From assembly GCF_964194025.1 (NCBI RefSeq), contig NC_134473.1, positions 63,116,001 through 63,180,000 of the forward strand: a stretch of DNA of 64,000 bases, read 5' to 3'. The DNA comes from Convolutriloba macropyga. Lineage: Eukaryota. Below are positions 52,707 through 64,000 of this stretch, in pieces (position 1 is the stretch's first letter; the number at the start of each line of letters is the position of its first letter). Under the pieces are notes generated by a model, which was not told where the DNA came from, did no database searches, and saw only the letters and a program-made list of their open reading frames with translations. Made by a program: the position numbers and the translations under genes.

Positions 52707-52743
52707 CAACAAACGTTTTCGCTTAACTAGCATCATCAGGTTA
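52707..52743 (-). ncRNA. Minimal type I hammerhead ribozyme, copy 7 (in the parent Penelope 3' end)
   Basis: Identical to copy 1. Lies about 285 nt downstream of the GIY-YIG stop, on the Penelope sense strand. Confidence 0.8.
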
Positions 52744-53271
52744 GGAAATTTTAACAACCTAAAGTTGGAGTGTTTACAACTAAAATGATTTGAACTTTTC
52801 ATCTGAGTTTGTCATGATTTCATATATACAAAATCTGAAATTTAAATTGAACGAAATTTTTCTCTCAATTGCATCCAGTTTTGCAAAATTTTTGCCGTTT
52901 TCATTCCTTTTCTTTTAACTTCTTAATTTCATTTCCTTGAATGGCACTCTTTTTCAAAATTTCGCAATCATTTGAAATTCGATTTCAGCAACATGTAAAT
53001 TTTGAAAGAAATTTTGAAACATGTAAACTAATATTTGAGTGTTAGCTCTCTGCTCCTGTAATCATACCGCGTGTTAAGTGCCGGCTTCCGCTGCGCAAGG
53101 TAAATGGCTTCCAGTGTCATTAGTTTTTGCGAGTCGTTGCACTAATCAATGACACGCCATTCAAAAGCTCGCGAAGTGCCACAACGTTTACAAGTTGTAC
53201 AATTGGGAAGTCTGTTTTTTGATGCTCCGAAATCCTTGTGGCGATATGTCTGCAGGTCTGCCAAACATATG

Positions 53272-53686
53272 GTATCCAATTAAAACAGAAGAAGCTAACT
53301 GAGAAACTGCAAAAAGACGCCACGAAATGGATATGCTGGTCTGAATCTGATTACACAAAGCGCGACATAGAAACGGAACTGTTACCAGTGTCATTCTACG
53401 CAAAACTCCAATGTTTTTTTATTCTACTGCTCGGTTATTGTTGGAAGATACGACATTGAAATTAGCAAATTTTATCATATTAAGGCAAACGAGAGAACGA
53501 GACAAAGCACCAACAATGAGATTGTAAGACATATGAGTATAACTAATGCACCTGGAGAATATTCTGTTTTTGTAGAAATCGCGACCCGCACAACAAACTC
53601 ATTGTCCACTGAAGATACAAAAGGGGTACTTGCAACAGCCCCGGCATGAGGTCGCAAACCTGACCTACTACTGCTACTACTACAAC
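53272..53686 (+). mobile_element. 5'-truncated LINE 3' end inserted in the Penelope GIY-YIG, 8-bp TSD
   Basis: TSD aacatatg at 53264-53271 and 53687-53694. EKLQKDATKWI...YTKR.IETELLPVS is a LINE ORF2 C-terminal motif. (TAC)n-like tail. Confidence 0.9.
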
Positions 53687-55504
53687 AACATATGTGGAAT
53701 AACATTCAGTACAGGTTATCTGGTAAACCACATGAGACCTCAGATGCTTCTCAAAACCCCGATTTCAAGTTGGTAAGCATGTCTTAAGTTTGCGGGTTGT
53801 GAAGATCACCTTTACTTCTGCTGCAGTTATTAGTATTTCCTCAAGCTTTAGGCTAACATTACATCTGTATTGCAGAAACAACGATGGTATTTCATTGTTA
53901 TTTTTCCTTGATTATTCATTTGAATTGTTTTCTGTGACAAGCTTTTTCAGTTTCTTTGGTTCTATTAAAGCTTTCTTAAAGTTTCATATAATACTTTTGG
54001 AGACCAACTCTCTGGATTTTGACTTTTTAACCAAATTTTCTCGTTCACTTTTAATGCTTCGTCAAAGTTTTTCCAATTAATCTGGCAGCGCACTAGCTTA
54101 TACAATTATGCTTTCAAAAATGTTCTTCTTGTGTTGAAGGGGAGCAAAACTTTGGAAATTAAGGATAATACCAGTGTCTGTTGGCTTTTGGTACCATTTC
54201 GATTAAAAATTTATAATTCCTTGTTCATTAACGTGCACTGCCATATCCAACAGCGCTAATTCGCGCTTCTCATTTAAAATTCAAGAGTTAATTCTAATAA
54301 TTGCTTATTAATGCAAATAGTTGACACCGCTAAACAATTTATGGTGGTTATCTTTTACGGTACAAATAATGGCATCTATATATCTGACATAGTTTCCGCT
54401 GACAAAATGTCATCAAATAAATGACATCGTTTCCGTTTTCTGTTGTAGTCACCTACTGGCATTTTTTTTTGCAGTTGAGACATATACAAACGAAACCTCC
54501 AAAATTTTCGTATTGCTCTTTTTCTGTATTTTGACATTTAATATGGTACCAGTTCTCGCATTTTTTACAATCAAGCAATTTTTCCGAGCAATTTTTCGGT
54601 GGCACTCTGGACATTAATCTTTGGGATCTTTATTTCTCATACTCGATGTTTGGCTGTCGTCACTCACTTTTTTTCAAAAGACTTTATCCAAATGTTAGCT
54701 AAGACAACTGCTAGGGATACTCCCATTGCCAGGCCGCCTTTCTCATAGTACCAGTTATGGTTACTTTTGAAATGAATATTGGTAACTGCCATTTTCAGTA
54801 AGCGCTTGAGTGTGGATCGTTCGATGTCAGGAGCGTTGTCATTTGAATATAAAGGTCACAGAGCTATTTCATTGGCCTTAGAAGCTGGTACATTTGTATC
54901 CAGGTTTTTCAGATTCAAAGAAAATACTTGCCTGTTTTTTTGAACTTCAATTTTTTCAAGTTTTACTCTCGCTGGACACCAGGACGTTTCGATGTTTTCA
55001 CCGGGCACTCGTTGAAAGAGTGGTGTTAAAAATTTATTCAACTTTTGGTACGGACTTCCTGGAAATGACAGAAAAGTGTGCAATGGTGTGTCTTTCTTGT
55101 GCCCTTTAGCCAGACCATAAAATCTGGTTTGTTGTGCGCCAGTTGAACTCAACATTTGATAAATTTTCTCACTGATCAAGTCCTGTTTTCTCATTTCCAA
55201 TTGACATAAGACTCTCCAGGTGTCACTCAGTTTTTTTGCTTGATGGTTGTGTTAATTTGGAAGGAACTTCAGAAAAATATTGTAAATTAGTTTGGTTCTG
55301 TGCAGGAAGTTTTAGCAAGCTTCTTAGACGATTTTTTGTTATTTTTAATTCCCCCTCTTTCGCTGTGTCTGGTCTTTTAGAAGTTTTGTATCCGAAGTAT
55401 GCGGGTGAAATTGTATGTGGGTGAATTGCTTTTATGTCATGTAGTTTCAATCGCACCAGTTTTTGATTCCTTCCACGCTCTATTTCTAATTTTTTGGACA
55501 ATGC

Positions 55505-55612
55505 GTTATTAACCTCGACTCACTGTTTTTAAGGTAGATTTCGTTAAACTTTGACAAATTCCCCCAATTTTGAATAGCTCCAGCTTTTTAATTAGCTTGC
55601 TGTGGGGACTTA
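55505..55612 (-). mobile_element. Short LINE RT fragment next to the gap
   Basis: PHSKLIKKLELFKIGG resembles the RT motif VPH..LL.KL...GI.G. Confidence 0.5.
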
Positions 55613-55755
55613 NNNNNNNNNNNNNNNNNNNNNNNNNNNNNNNNNNNNNNNNNNNNNNNNNNNNNNNNNNNNNNNNNNNNNNNNNNNNNNNNNNNNNNNN
55701 NNNNNNNNNNNNNNNNNNNNNNNNNNNNNNNNNNNNNNNNNNNNNNNNNNNNNNN
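55613..55755. other. Assembly gap (143 N)
   Basis: Run of n. Confidence 1.
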
Positions 55756-56858
55756 NTGTGGTTATGGCTGTCAGTAATCAGCACTAGTGTAAATCTATGG
55801 CCATGTTCGCAAAAATTAGCAAAATTGATGTTAAAACTTTGTTATACCATTCACTAATCGCAAATTTTAACGCATAGTTTTTTTTGCAAATTGGACAATA
55901 TTGGACAAAAATTTTCTAAATGCCCAATGTCAATTTGAAATTTATAACGTTGACCTTAATTTGCAATTAATTTACGTCTCTCATTATAATTTGCAAGTTT
56001 TTTACAATTTTGAAAGAATAAGGCAAAAAAACGCTGAAGTCGCAATTAACTCTAGCTGGTTGGTCAACATTCAAGCCAAAAAAGCCCTGAATTGAAAGTT
56101 TTGCAGCACCGACAATTCCTGCGCACATATATTTTTTGAAATACTCAATCGATGTAAATCATATTCAAGTTGACATCCTTCTCTGCTTTTCAGCACTCTC
56201 GAAAATTTTTTAAGATCACTTTCCAGAGAAGTGATAGCACATGCTGAGGAAGACGTTTGTATTCGGCACATCTAGTGAATCAAACTGGATAGACCATGAC
56301 TGAAGACAAATCACGCGAAAAGTAATCTGATGCAGAGAAATCAAACCTGTCTAGCAAACTTGAGTAACACATGGACGGATGCCATGTCATGTACAGAAAG
56401 TGTTAGATTGTATATGAATTCATTTGTGCTAGAATTATAATGAAACGGGTACTGATGTACCACTTTTCCCCTTTACAAAAACAAAACTTAAGCAAAGCGT
56501 ATTTTCTTTTCGTTAAATGGTTCAAGAAATTAAAAAGCAATTGTTAAACAACAAACAAAAAGTGTGGGTTTTAATGCAGCTTTATTGTTGTATTTTTATA
56601 TCCAATTTACAAGCTGCCTAAGTTTGAGTTTTTGACTTCCGGAACTCTTCGAGCACGCTCATCGAAATTGGCCGAGATGTATTCCTGAACCCCTGTTGGC
56701 AATTGTGGCAAAACTGTGTCTAGTTTGGTGAATCAGGGGCGATGGCTTTCGCTACAAAAGTGTCTGTATCCCTTTGACAAATGGTACCTCGCGGTGCAAC
56801 TGGGGTAAATGCAGATGGGTTTTTTTGGATAGATGGAGTAGAATGAACTTGTGGCTGT

Positions 56859-59800
56859 GTTACTGCGGCGGGCGGGGGTTATGTTGCAGCAAAACTATGG
56901 TTGCAGGACACAACCGATCTATCTATGTTGTCTTTTCTATGTCCTTTGCGGCTCATATCTTTGGCATGCTTTTGCATTTTGTCCTCGTTGGTTTTGCCTG
57001 CTGGTTCTATTGGGCGCATTTCCGCAGTTATTGGCCAAAGTTTGTCTTGGATTTTGCACCTCATTTTTTTGGCGTGATAGCCGAGAGGTAAGGTGTGTGG
57101 TTAACGCACCAATGATTGAGAGTTCAATCCCCTGCCTCCGTGAAGCTGCCTGTGTAAGGATGAGCTCTTACTTAACCATAGCTTCAGGTTGACCATAGCC
57201 TGACCAATGTTGGCTGCAATGATGGTACCACGTGAAAGTTTCAGATGCAAAAAAAAGTGACTATAGTCACCAAAAAAAGAGCAATGCGGCTCATAAAAAG
57301 ATCAGTCTGAAATGTGGGGAATAATAAGAAAAAGGGCAGCTGAAAAGAGGCTACTGTAGGCCTAATGCTGTTCCGCTGCGATTACGCAGAAACCACAATT
57401 ATTATTATTATACCCGACTTCCTTACGGTTACGTCTAGTTTTCGCGGAGCCTTTGTTTTCAAAGTGTAGACTTCCTCCTTCAATGCTGTATAACCTGGTT
57501 CAAGAACTTCGTAGATCCCCTGCAAGTCTTTTTCCCCGTTTGTGAGCAGGTATTCTTTGTGCTACAATATAATTACGGGACGCCACCCTTCAGGGCGCTG
57601 GGCGGCCAAGTTCTTCGATTTTAATTAGGCGTGATTCGCCTCGCTAACTTTTTCACTGTCCTTCTGCTGCCTCCGTCATAGCGTTTGATCGTCTATTTTG
57701 ATTTCCTTATTGCTTTTGCTCCTGTTATCAAATTTGGTCATTGCGGAATTTTTTCCGTTCATTTCACTGTCTCTTAGTCAGAAAAATTATTCAAAACGTT
57801 TTCATACGAGCAGTTTGTTAGATTAAATTTTGTTCTAAGGTTGCTTAATGGTGTATTTGATCTTCGTTTAAAATTTGCTTGGAATGATGTCATTTTTTTT
57901 ATTACAGAACCGCAATTGGCAAATTCGTCAGCTTGCGGGAGGAGAATATGGATTGCGTCACTGTTTGCCTCTTTGATCCCGTTTGGAATCGAAGGCTTCT
58001 CATCGACCCAGATAAAACCCGATATGATGTACAGGTTTTTCCTGAATCCGTGAATGTACGTAGGCAGTGATGTGTTTGCAGCCCTCTTCTTTGCCTGTTA
58101 ACACGCAGTCGTTCACATTTTAGCACCGCTTCCTTAATAGTGAGGCTGGCCCACAGTCTTTTAGTGAGGATCTTCAACAAAGCGAAGCTTCCGCATACAA
58201 TTTTATTGATATACTGGGAGAAGAGTCGGGTGAGTGTTTAGTATCAGTATTTGGTGTTTCTGGTGCTCTCTCTAATTCATAACTGAATCTCAATTTGTTG
58301 GGGTTGATTGCATAGCGGTTTTTGGAATTTCTATAATTCTAGCGAAAAGCTGTACCATTTTTCAAATTTACCTGATGGATCAACAGAATAAGTTGAACTA
58401 AGTATATTGATTGAATGAACAACTTTTCTCGAGTGGGTTAGTGACTCCTTCTACGTAATTAAAGATTTTCATTGGCGTCAAAATCTGCTGTGGCGTGCAT
58501 TCTTTGGATCGCGTAGTTTCCGGCGCAAATCTAGCTGGCAAACTGGTTTCTGAGTCTCTTTCAGGATTCGCTAATAATTTTGGGTTACTGCGGTGGGGGG
58601 GGGGGGTTGTGTTGCAGCAAAACTGTGGTTGCAGGACACAATCGATCTATCTATGTTGTCTTTTCTATGTCCTTTGCGGCTCATATCGTTGGCATGCTTT
58701 TGCATTTTGTCCTCGTTGGTTTTGCCAGCTTATTCCATTGGACGCATTTCCGCAGATATTGGCCAAAGTTTGTCTTGGACTTTGCGCCTCATTTTTTGAT
58801 ATCCAACTTCCTTACGGTTATGTCTAGTTTTCGCGGATCCTTTGCTTTCAAAGTGTAGACTACCTCCTTCAACGCTGTATAACCTGGTTCAAGAACTTCG
58901 TATAGTCTTTTTTTCCCGTTTGTGAGCAGGTATTCTTTCTGCTACAAACATATTACGGGACGCCACGCTTCAGGGCGATAAGTTCTTCGATTTCAATTAG
59001 GCGTGATTCAGCTCGCTAACTTTTTCACTGTCCTTCTGCTGCCTCCGTCATAGCGCTTGATCGTCTATTTTGATTTCCTTATTGCTTTTGCTCCTGTTAT
59101 CAAATTTGGTCATTGCGGAATTTTTTCCGTTCATTTCACTGTCTCTTAGTCAGAAAAGTTATTCAAAACGTTTTCAAACGAGCAGTTTGTTAGATTAAAT
59201 TTTGTTCTAAGGTTGCTTAATGGTGAATTTGATCTTCGTTTAAAATTTGCTTCGAATGATGTCATTTTTTTATTACAGAACCGCAACTGGCATATTCGTC
59301 AGCTTGCGGGAGGAGAATAGAATTGCGTCACTGTTTGCCTCTTTGATCCCGTTTGGAATCGAAGGCTTCTCATCGACACAGATAAAACCCGATATGATGT
59401 ACAGATTTTTCCTGAATCCGTGAATGTACGTAGGCACTGATGTGTTTGCAGCCCTTTTCTTTGCCTTTTAACAAGCAGTCGTTCACATTTTAGCACCGCT
59501 TCCTTAATAGTGAGGCTGGCCCACAGTCTTTTAGTGAGGATCTTCAACAAAGCGAAGCTTCCGCATACAATTTTATTGATATACTGGGAGAAGAGTCGGG
59601 TGAGTGTTTAGTATCAGTATTTGGTGTTTCTGGTGTTCTCTCTAATTCATAACTGAATCTCAATTTGTTGGGGTTGATTGCATAGCGGTTTTTGGAATTT
59701 CTATAATTCTAGCGAAAAGCTGTACTATTTTTCAAATTTACCTGATGGATCAACAGAATAAGTTGAACTAAGTATTTTGATTGAATGAACTACTATTCTC

Positions 59801-61327
59801 GAGTGGGTTAGTGACTCCTTCTACGTAATTAAAGATTTTCATTGGCGTCAAAATCTGCTGTGGCGTGCATTCTTTGGATCGCGTAGTTTCCGGCGCAAAT
59901 CTAGCTTGCAAACTGTTTTCTGAGTCTCTTTCAGGATTCGCTAATAATTTTGGGTTACTGCGGCGGGGGGGGGGGGGGTTGTGTTGCAACAAAACTCGGG
60001 TTGCAGGACACAATCGATCTATCTATGTTGTCTTTTCTATGTCCTTTGCGGCTCATATCGTTGGCATGCTTTTGCATTTTGTCCTCGTTGGTTTTGCCAG
60101 CTTATTCCATTGGACGCATTTCCGCAATTATTGGCCAAAGTTTGTCTTGGACTTTGCGCCTCATTTTTTGATACCCAACTTCCTTACGGTTATGTCTAGT
60201 TTTCGCGGATCCTTTGCTTTCAAAGTGTAGACTACCTCCTTCAACGCTGTATAACCTGGTTCAAGAACTTCGTATAGTCTTTCTTTCCCGTTTGTGAGCA
60301 GGTATTCTTTCTGCTACAAACATATTACGGGACGCCACGCTTCAGGGCGATAAGTTCTTCGATTTCAATTAGGCGTGATTCAGCTCGCTAACTTTTTCAC
60401 TGTCCTTCTGCTGCCTCCGTCATAGCGTTTGATCGTCTATTTTGATTTCCTTATTGCTTTTGCTCCTGTTATCAAATTTGGTCATTGCGGAATTTTTTCC
60501 GTTCATTTCACTGTCAGAAAAGTATTCAAAACGTTTTCGTACGAGCAGTTTGTTAGATTAAATTTTGTTCTAAGGTTGTTTAAAGGTGTATTTGATCTTC
60601 GTTTAAAATTTGCTTCGAATGATGTCATTTTCTTATTTTATTACAGAACCGCAATTGGCAAATTCGTCAGGTTTCGGGGTGGGTACTATGGATTGCGTCA
60701 CTGTTTGTCTCTTTGATCTCGTTTGGAATCGAAGTCTTCTCATCGACACAGATAAAACCCGCTATGATGTACAGGTTTTTCCTGAATCCGTGAATGTTCT
60801 TAGGCACTGATGTGTTTGCAGCCCTCTTCTTTGCCTGTTAACAAGCAGTCGTTCACATTTTAGCACCGCTTCCTTAATAGTAAGGCTGGCCCACAGTCTT
60901 TTAGTGAGGATCTTCAACAAAGCGAAGCTTCCGCATACAATTTTTTTGATATACTGGGAGAAGAGTCGGTTGAGTGTTTAGTATCAGTATTTCGTGTTTC
61001 TGGTGCTCTCTCTAATTCATAACTGAATCTCAATTTGTTGGGGTTGATTGCATAGGGTTTTTTGGAAATTCTATAATTCTAGCGAAAAGCTAAACCATTT
61101 TTCAAATTTACCTGATGGATCAACAGAATAAGTTGAACTAAGTATATTGATTGAATGAACTACTATTCTCGAGTGGGTTAGTGACTCCTTCTACGTAATT
61201 AAAAATATTCATTGGTGTCAACATCTGCTGCGGCGTTCATTCTTTGGATCGCGTAGTTTCCCGGCGCGAATCTAGCTTGCAAACTGGTTTCTGAGTCTTT
61301 TTCAGGGTTCGTTAATAATTCTGGGTT
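56859..61327. repeat. Tandem triplication, unit about 1.37 kb, internal to the Gypsy relic (56859-58583, 58584-59953, 59954-61327)
   Basis: gttactgcgg at 56859, 58584 and 59954; ccttacggtta at 57421, 58810 and 60182; gtt microhomology at the junction. Confidence 0.95.
57071..57411 (+). mobile_element. tRNA-derived SINE (about 340 bp)
   Basis: Starts GGCGTGATAGCCGAGAGG (A box), has GAGTTCAATCCC (B box) and ends in (ATT)n. Absent from the equivalent site of the other two units. Confidence 0.88.
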
Positions 61328-64000
61328 GTTTGGCCATGCAAATTCATGGTGATTGTTTATATCAAATAAAAAAAAACGTTTCGCAATGCGATGTATTAAG
61401 TCGATTTTACCAACTACGGTCTTGTCGTTGTTAGAGTTCTAAGCAGTACGTTGGTACAGTTCGCGCAATATATAATTATTAAAGCCCCATATAGAAGCTC
61501 TATTTTAAAATCAAATGGAAACAGTCCATCGACCCATCGCTTTAATCTACTGTTGTATGATTTATTAGATCTCCGCTCTTTCATGGTCGAAAGTAAGGCT
61601 CAGTGGTTGGTGATTACAGCAAAGTATTTAAATAGTTCTTGAAGCAGTCAACAGCCTATACAAATCCCAGAAGCTCTAACTAATAAACGCTGCATCTAGT
61701 TTTAGCATAGTTTAAAGATAGATACGCAAAAGCAACAATTTTTCGGCCTCCAAGTTCGAATTTTTCGTGCTCGAGATTGAACAGAACATGGCGTGAGAGG
61801 TCAGATGTCATAATAAAAATCCAGATATGGACTGGAATGATTGTTCTCAGTTTTTTTGTCAATTGTTGACATTATTGCATTGAAAAGATTCGCATGTTCT
61901 TCAGTACCTCGGAATGTTTCAAAAATTGTCATAGTGTATGGCATAATTGAATTAAATTAGATAAAAAATTTCGAAGGTGATGAACTGATCCAAGAATTTG
62001 CTTTTGGGCCGCTGAAATTCAGAATTGCTTCTATTTTCATTTCCGGTGGTTTTATGCCAGTTTTTGATAATTATAACCCTGCCAATCAATTTCCTTTTCT
62101 GCGAAGTGAAATTTTGACAACAAGTGAAATTCTGCTTGAGTTTTTGTCTCTTAGCTTCTTTAAGCACTTCCTAAATAGCAAAAGATCCAAACTAGCGTAC
62201 CATTCCTTACTATTGAAACGTCATCCAGAACACAGGCATTAGTTAGTCCAAACAGGCATGACTTCGTTGGTTTATTGGAATTCTGCTGGCAGAATTGCGA
62301 GCCCGTAGAAACCGGTTTTAAATCTGAATGTGTCGTTCATATCACCACTCGGAGTATTGAATTAGCAAGTATCGGGATGAAGATTTAGTTGCATATCAGT
62401 TAGTTGCATATCAGGCTATATTAGTTTTTCATATCAAAAGTTGTGAAATAAGCTGTGTCTTGCTCCGCGTTTGCACTGAGTTTTCGAGAAATGTGTTAAA
62501 TCATGCAATTATCGATTCGCATTTGATATTTGTTTTTATGAATTAATTGTATAGGATCTTAAAATCAAATGCAGGCTTTATCAAATCGTCGTTTTTAACT
62601 GTAATTATTATCAATCAGATAAAATTTTCATCGAAACATGAATTTAGTTAATCAAAATCCAACCTTTTTGGTGGCGTGCTTAGTAGTTTTTAATTGAGAT
62701 TTAAAATCATGGTTTTTTAATTGCAAGGACGGCTGATTAATTCGGGGAATTCTTTTGCGATTTGTTGTTTTATCTGTTTCGGTGACTCAATGCAGTTTTT
62801 TCAGTTGCTTGACTTGTGTGCTATGCGTGATCCAAAGCTTCAAATAGGTCACCTTCGATGAGTGATTGAGGGCCAATATCAACAATTTAGGCGTTGTCTG
62901 TAGACCAAATATTTCTTTCTATTGGATCAATCCGTGTTCCCAGTGCTTTGACTGGCTCATTTGAGAATGTTTTGACTTTTCTTGATTTTATTCTATTGGC
63001 ATCTTTACGATTTCCAATGGCAGTATCTGCATGTACTTGTGTTTCGATTGAGCATGAATCTACTAGCATTACAGTTTGAACACTTCCAATCTTCACATGC
63101 GTATTTTCTGGAGTGATTTCGTTGAATCCGTCATTTGTTATAAAGGCGGAGCAGTTCTCATCTGATGAATTGCAATCTGATTTAAAAATTGTATTGTAGT
63201 TGTCAATATTATTCACTGAGTTCTCCTCTTTTGGTTCTTCTTCGCTTTCAATATTCTGTATCGTCTAAAATTCTTTTTGTTTCACATGTGTTTTCCTATA
63301 CAATTTTACGAAGTGGTTTAATAGCCTGCAAGTGTTACATTTTTTCCCATTGCAATCTATTGCGCTCTGCAATTTGGCTGCTATGCTTGAATACAGTTTC
63401 TAGATTTGTTTCTTCGGTCTTGCTTTTCAAAGCTTTGATTGTTCGTTTGGTATTAATCGGTGGAGCAAAATCCAATAATATTTCCAACACTTTTTGTGTT
63501 GTTTATCGCACTATCAATTCAAAATTGCTTATTGTCCCTTTTCCATATTCATGGCCAGTTTTAAAGCTATTTTGTGCTTCTTTTATTGCGAAGCAATTTG
63601 CGTTTTTTAAATCGTAATGGACATATTTGTTATGAATATGTCTGATTCACCTATTCTTCACACTCTTTGAAGTTAGAATTCTCAGGAAGTTATTTCAGAT
63701 TGCTGAAAAACTGTTCAATATTCTTTCTCCCTTCTTTTTTTCACCCTCCATTTTTTACCACTATTCTAATGTTTGCAATTCGTTGGTTGTAGTGTGATGG
63801 AGGGTATTTTTTGTTTAAAATTCGCTGTGAAATACTTAGGTATAAAAGTGAGACTCGTTTTTGCTCGCATGGACTCCATGGGTTCTCGCAACAAGAAAAA
63901 ATTCTATACTAGCTTTAGTTTTGCATTTAATGTTGTACTGTCTCTCTATATTGCCTCCGTTAAGACTTCTAATGCTTGTTCGTGAACTGATTCGGTGGAA

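Larger units (their letters stand above)
40868..53506. repeat. Tandem array of 7 x about 1.52-kb chimeric units (CRE fragment + Penelope 3' end + LINE fragment); first unit split by a 2-kb insertion
   Basis: aaattga(g/a)catcaa recurs at about 43048, 44573, 46104, 47627, 49150, 50673 and 52197. Hammerhead motif spacing is 1531/1523/1525/1523/1523/1525. 40868-41020 matches the unit start. Confidence 0.97.
52650..55260 (-). mobile_element. Penelope-like element relic (RT + GIY-YIG + 3' pLTR region with hammerhead)
   Basis: RT: RFYGLAKGHKKDTPL, TNVP, GLAMG.SLAVVLANIW, YVRYID, WYQKPTDTG. GIY-YIG: VYQITCTECYSTYV | (G/W)QTCRHIATRISEH...LMTLEAIY.AQRKPALNTR.DYRSRELTLKY* (stop 53028-53030), split by a LINE insertion. 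Confidence 0.93.
56461..63990 (-). mobile_element. Highly degenerate Gypsy/Ty3 LTR retrotransposon
   Basis: Minus strand: gag knuckle KKCNTCRLLNHF (about 63320), protease MLVDSCS (62887-63216), RT FKTGFYGL..LPAEFQ (about 62290). RNase H IVAFAY..LN....LELL (about 61700), integrase N-terminus DAIHSTHP (about 60690) and a post-integrase tail follow. PPT-like aaaggggaaaag + TG at about 56462. Confidence 0.85.

Noticed and set aside
43971-53459. Recurrent 66-103-aa ORFs as a tandem gene family
   Set aside because: They are frameshifted pieces of GIY-YIG, LINE and CRE sequence repeated with the array. Stops and frames vary between units.
55509-55857. ORFs spanning the N run
   Set aside because: Artefacts of the assembly gap.

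Overview
AT-rich eukaryotic DNA, probably from an invertebrate animal, with one 143-bp assembly gap at 55613-55755. It holds two convergent spliced host genes in dense, nested transposon debris. The first is a + strand 4-exon orphan gene (about 9793-25770, about 370-385 aa) whose first intron probably has a GC donor. The second is a - strand 2-exon, about 550-aa, very divergent adducin/class II aldolase-fold gene (37501-36512 joined to 31595-30933). Mobile DNA includes several LINE relics, a CRE-like element, a Penelope-like element, BEL/Pao and Gypsy relics, a FLYWCH-bearing MULE with a 9-bp TSD, MITEs and a tRNA-derived SINE. It also includes a family of non-autonomous Helentron-like (HINE/DINE-type) elements with variable cargo, one of which brackets the 4.6-kb BEL/Pao relic. 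Three kb-scale tandem amplifications are present. The most notable is a 7-copy, about 1.52-kb chimeric array (40868-53506) in which every unit carries a minimal type I hammerhead ribozyme motif on the minus strand, inherited from a Penelope 3' end. All calls were made by eye from the sequence; no database search or folding was run.
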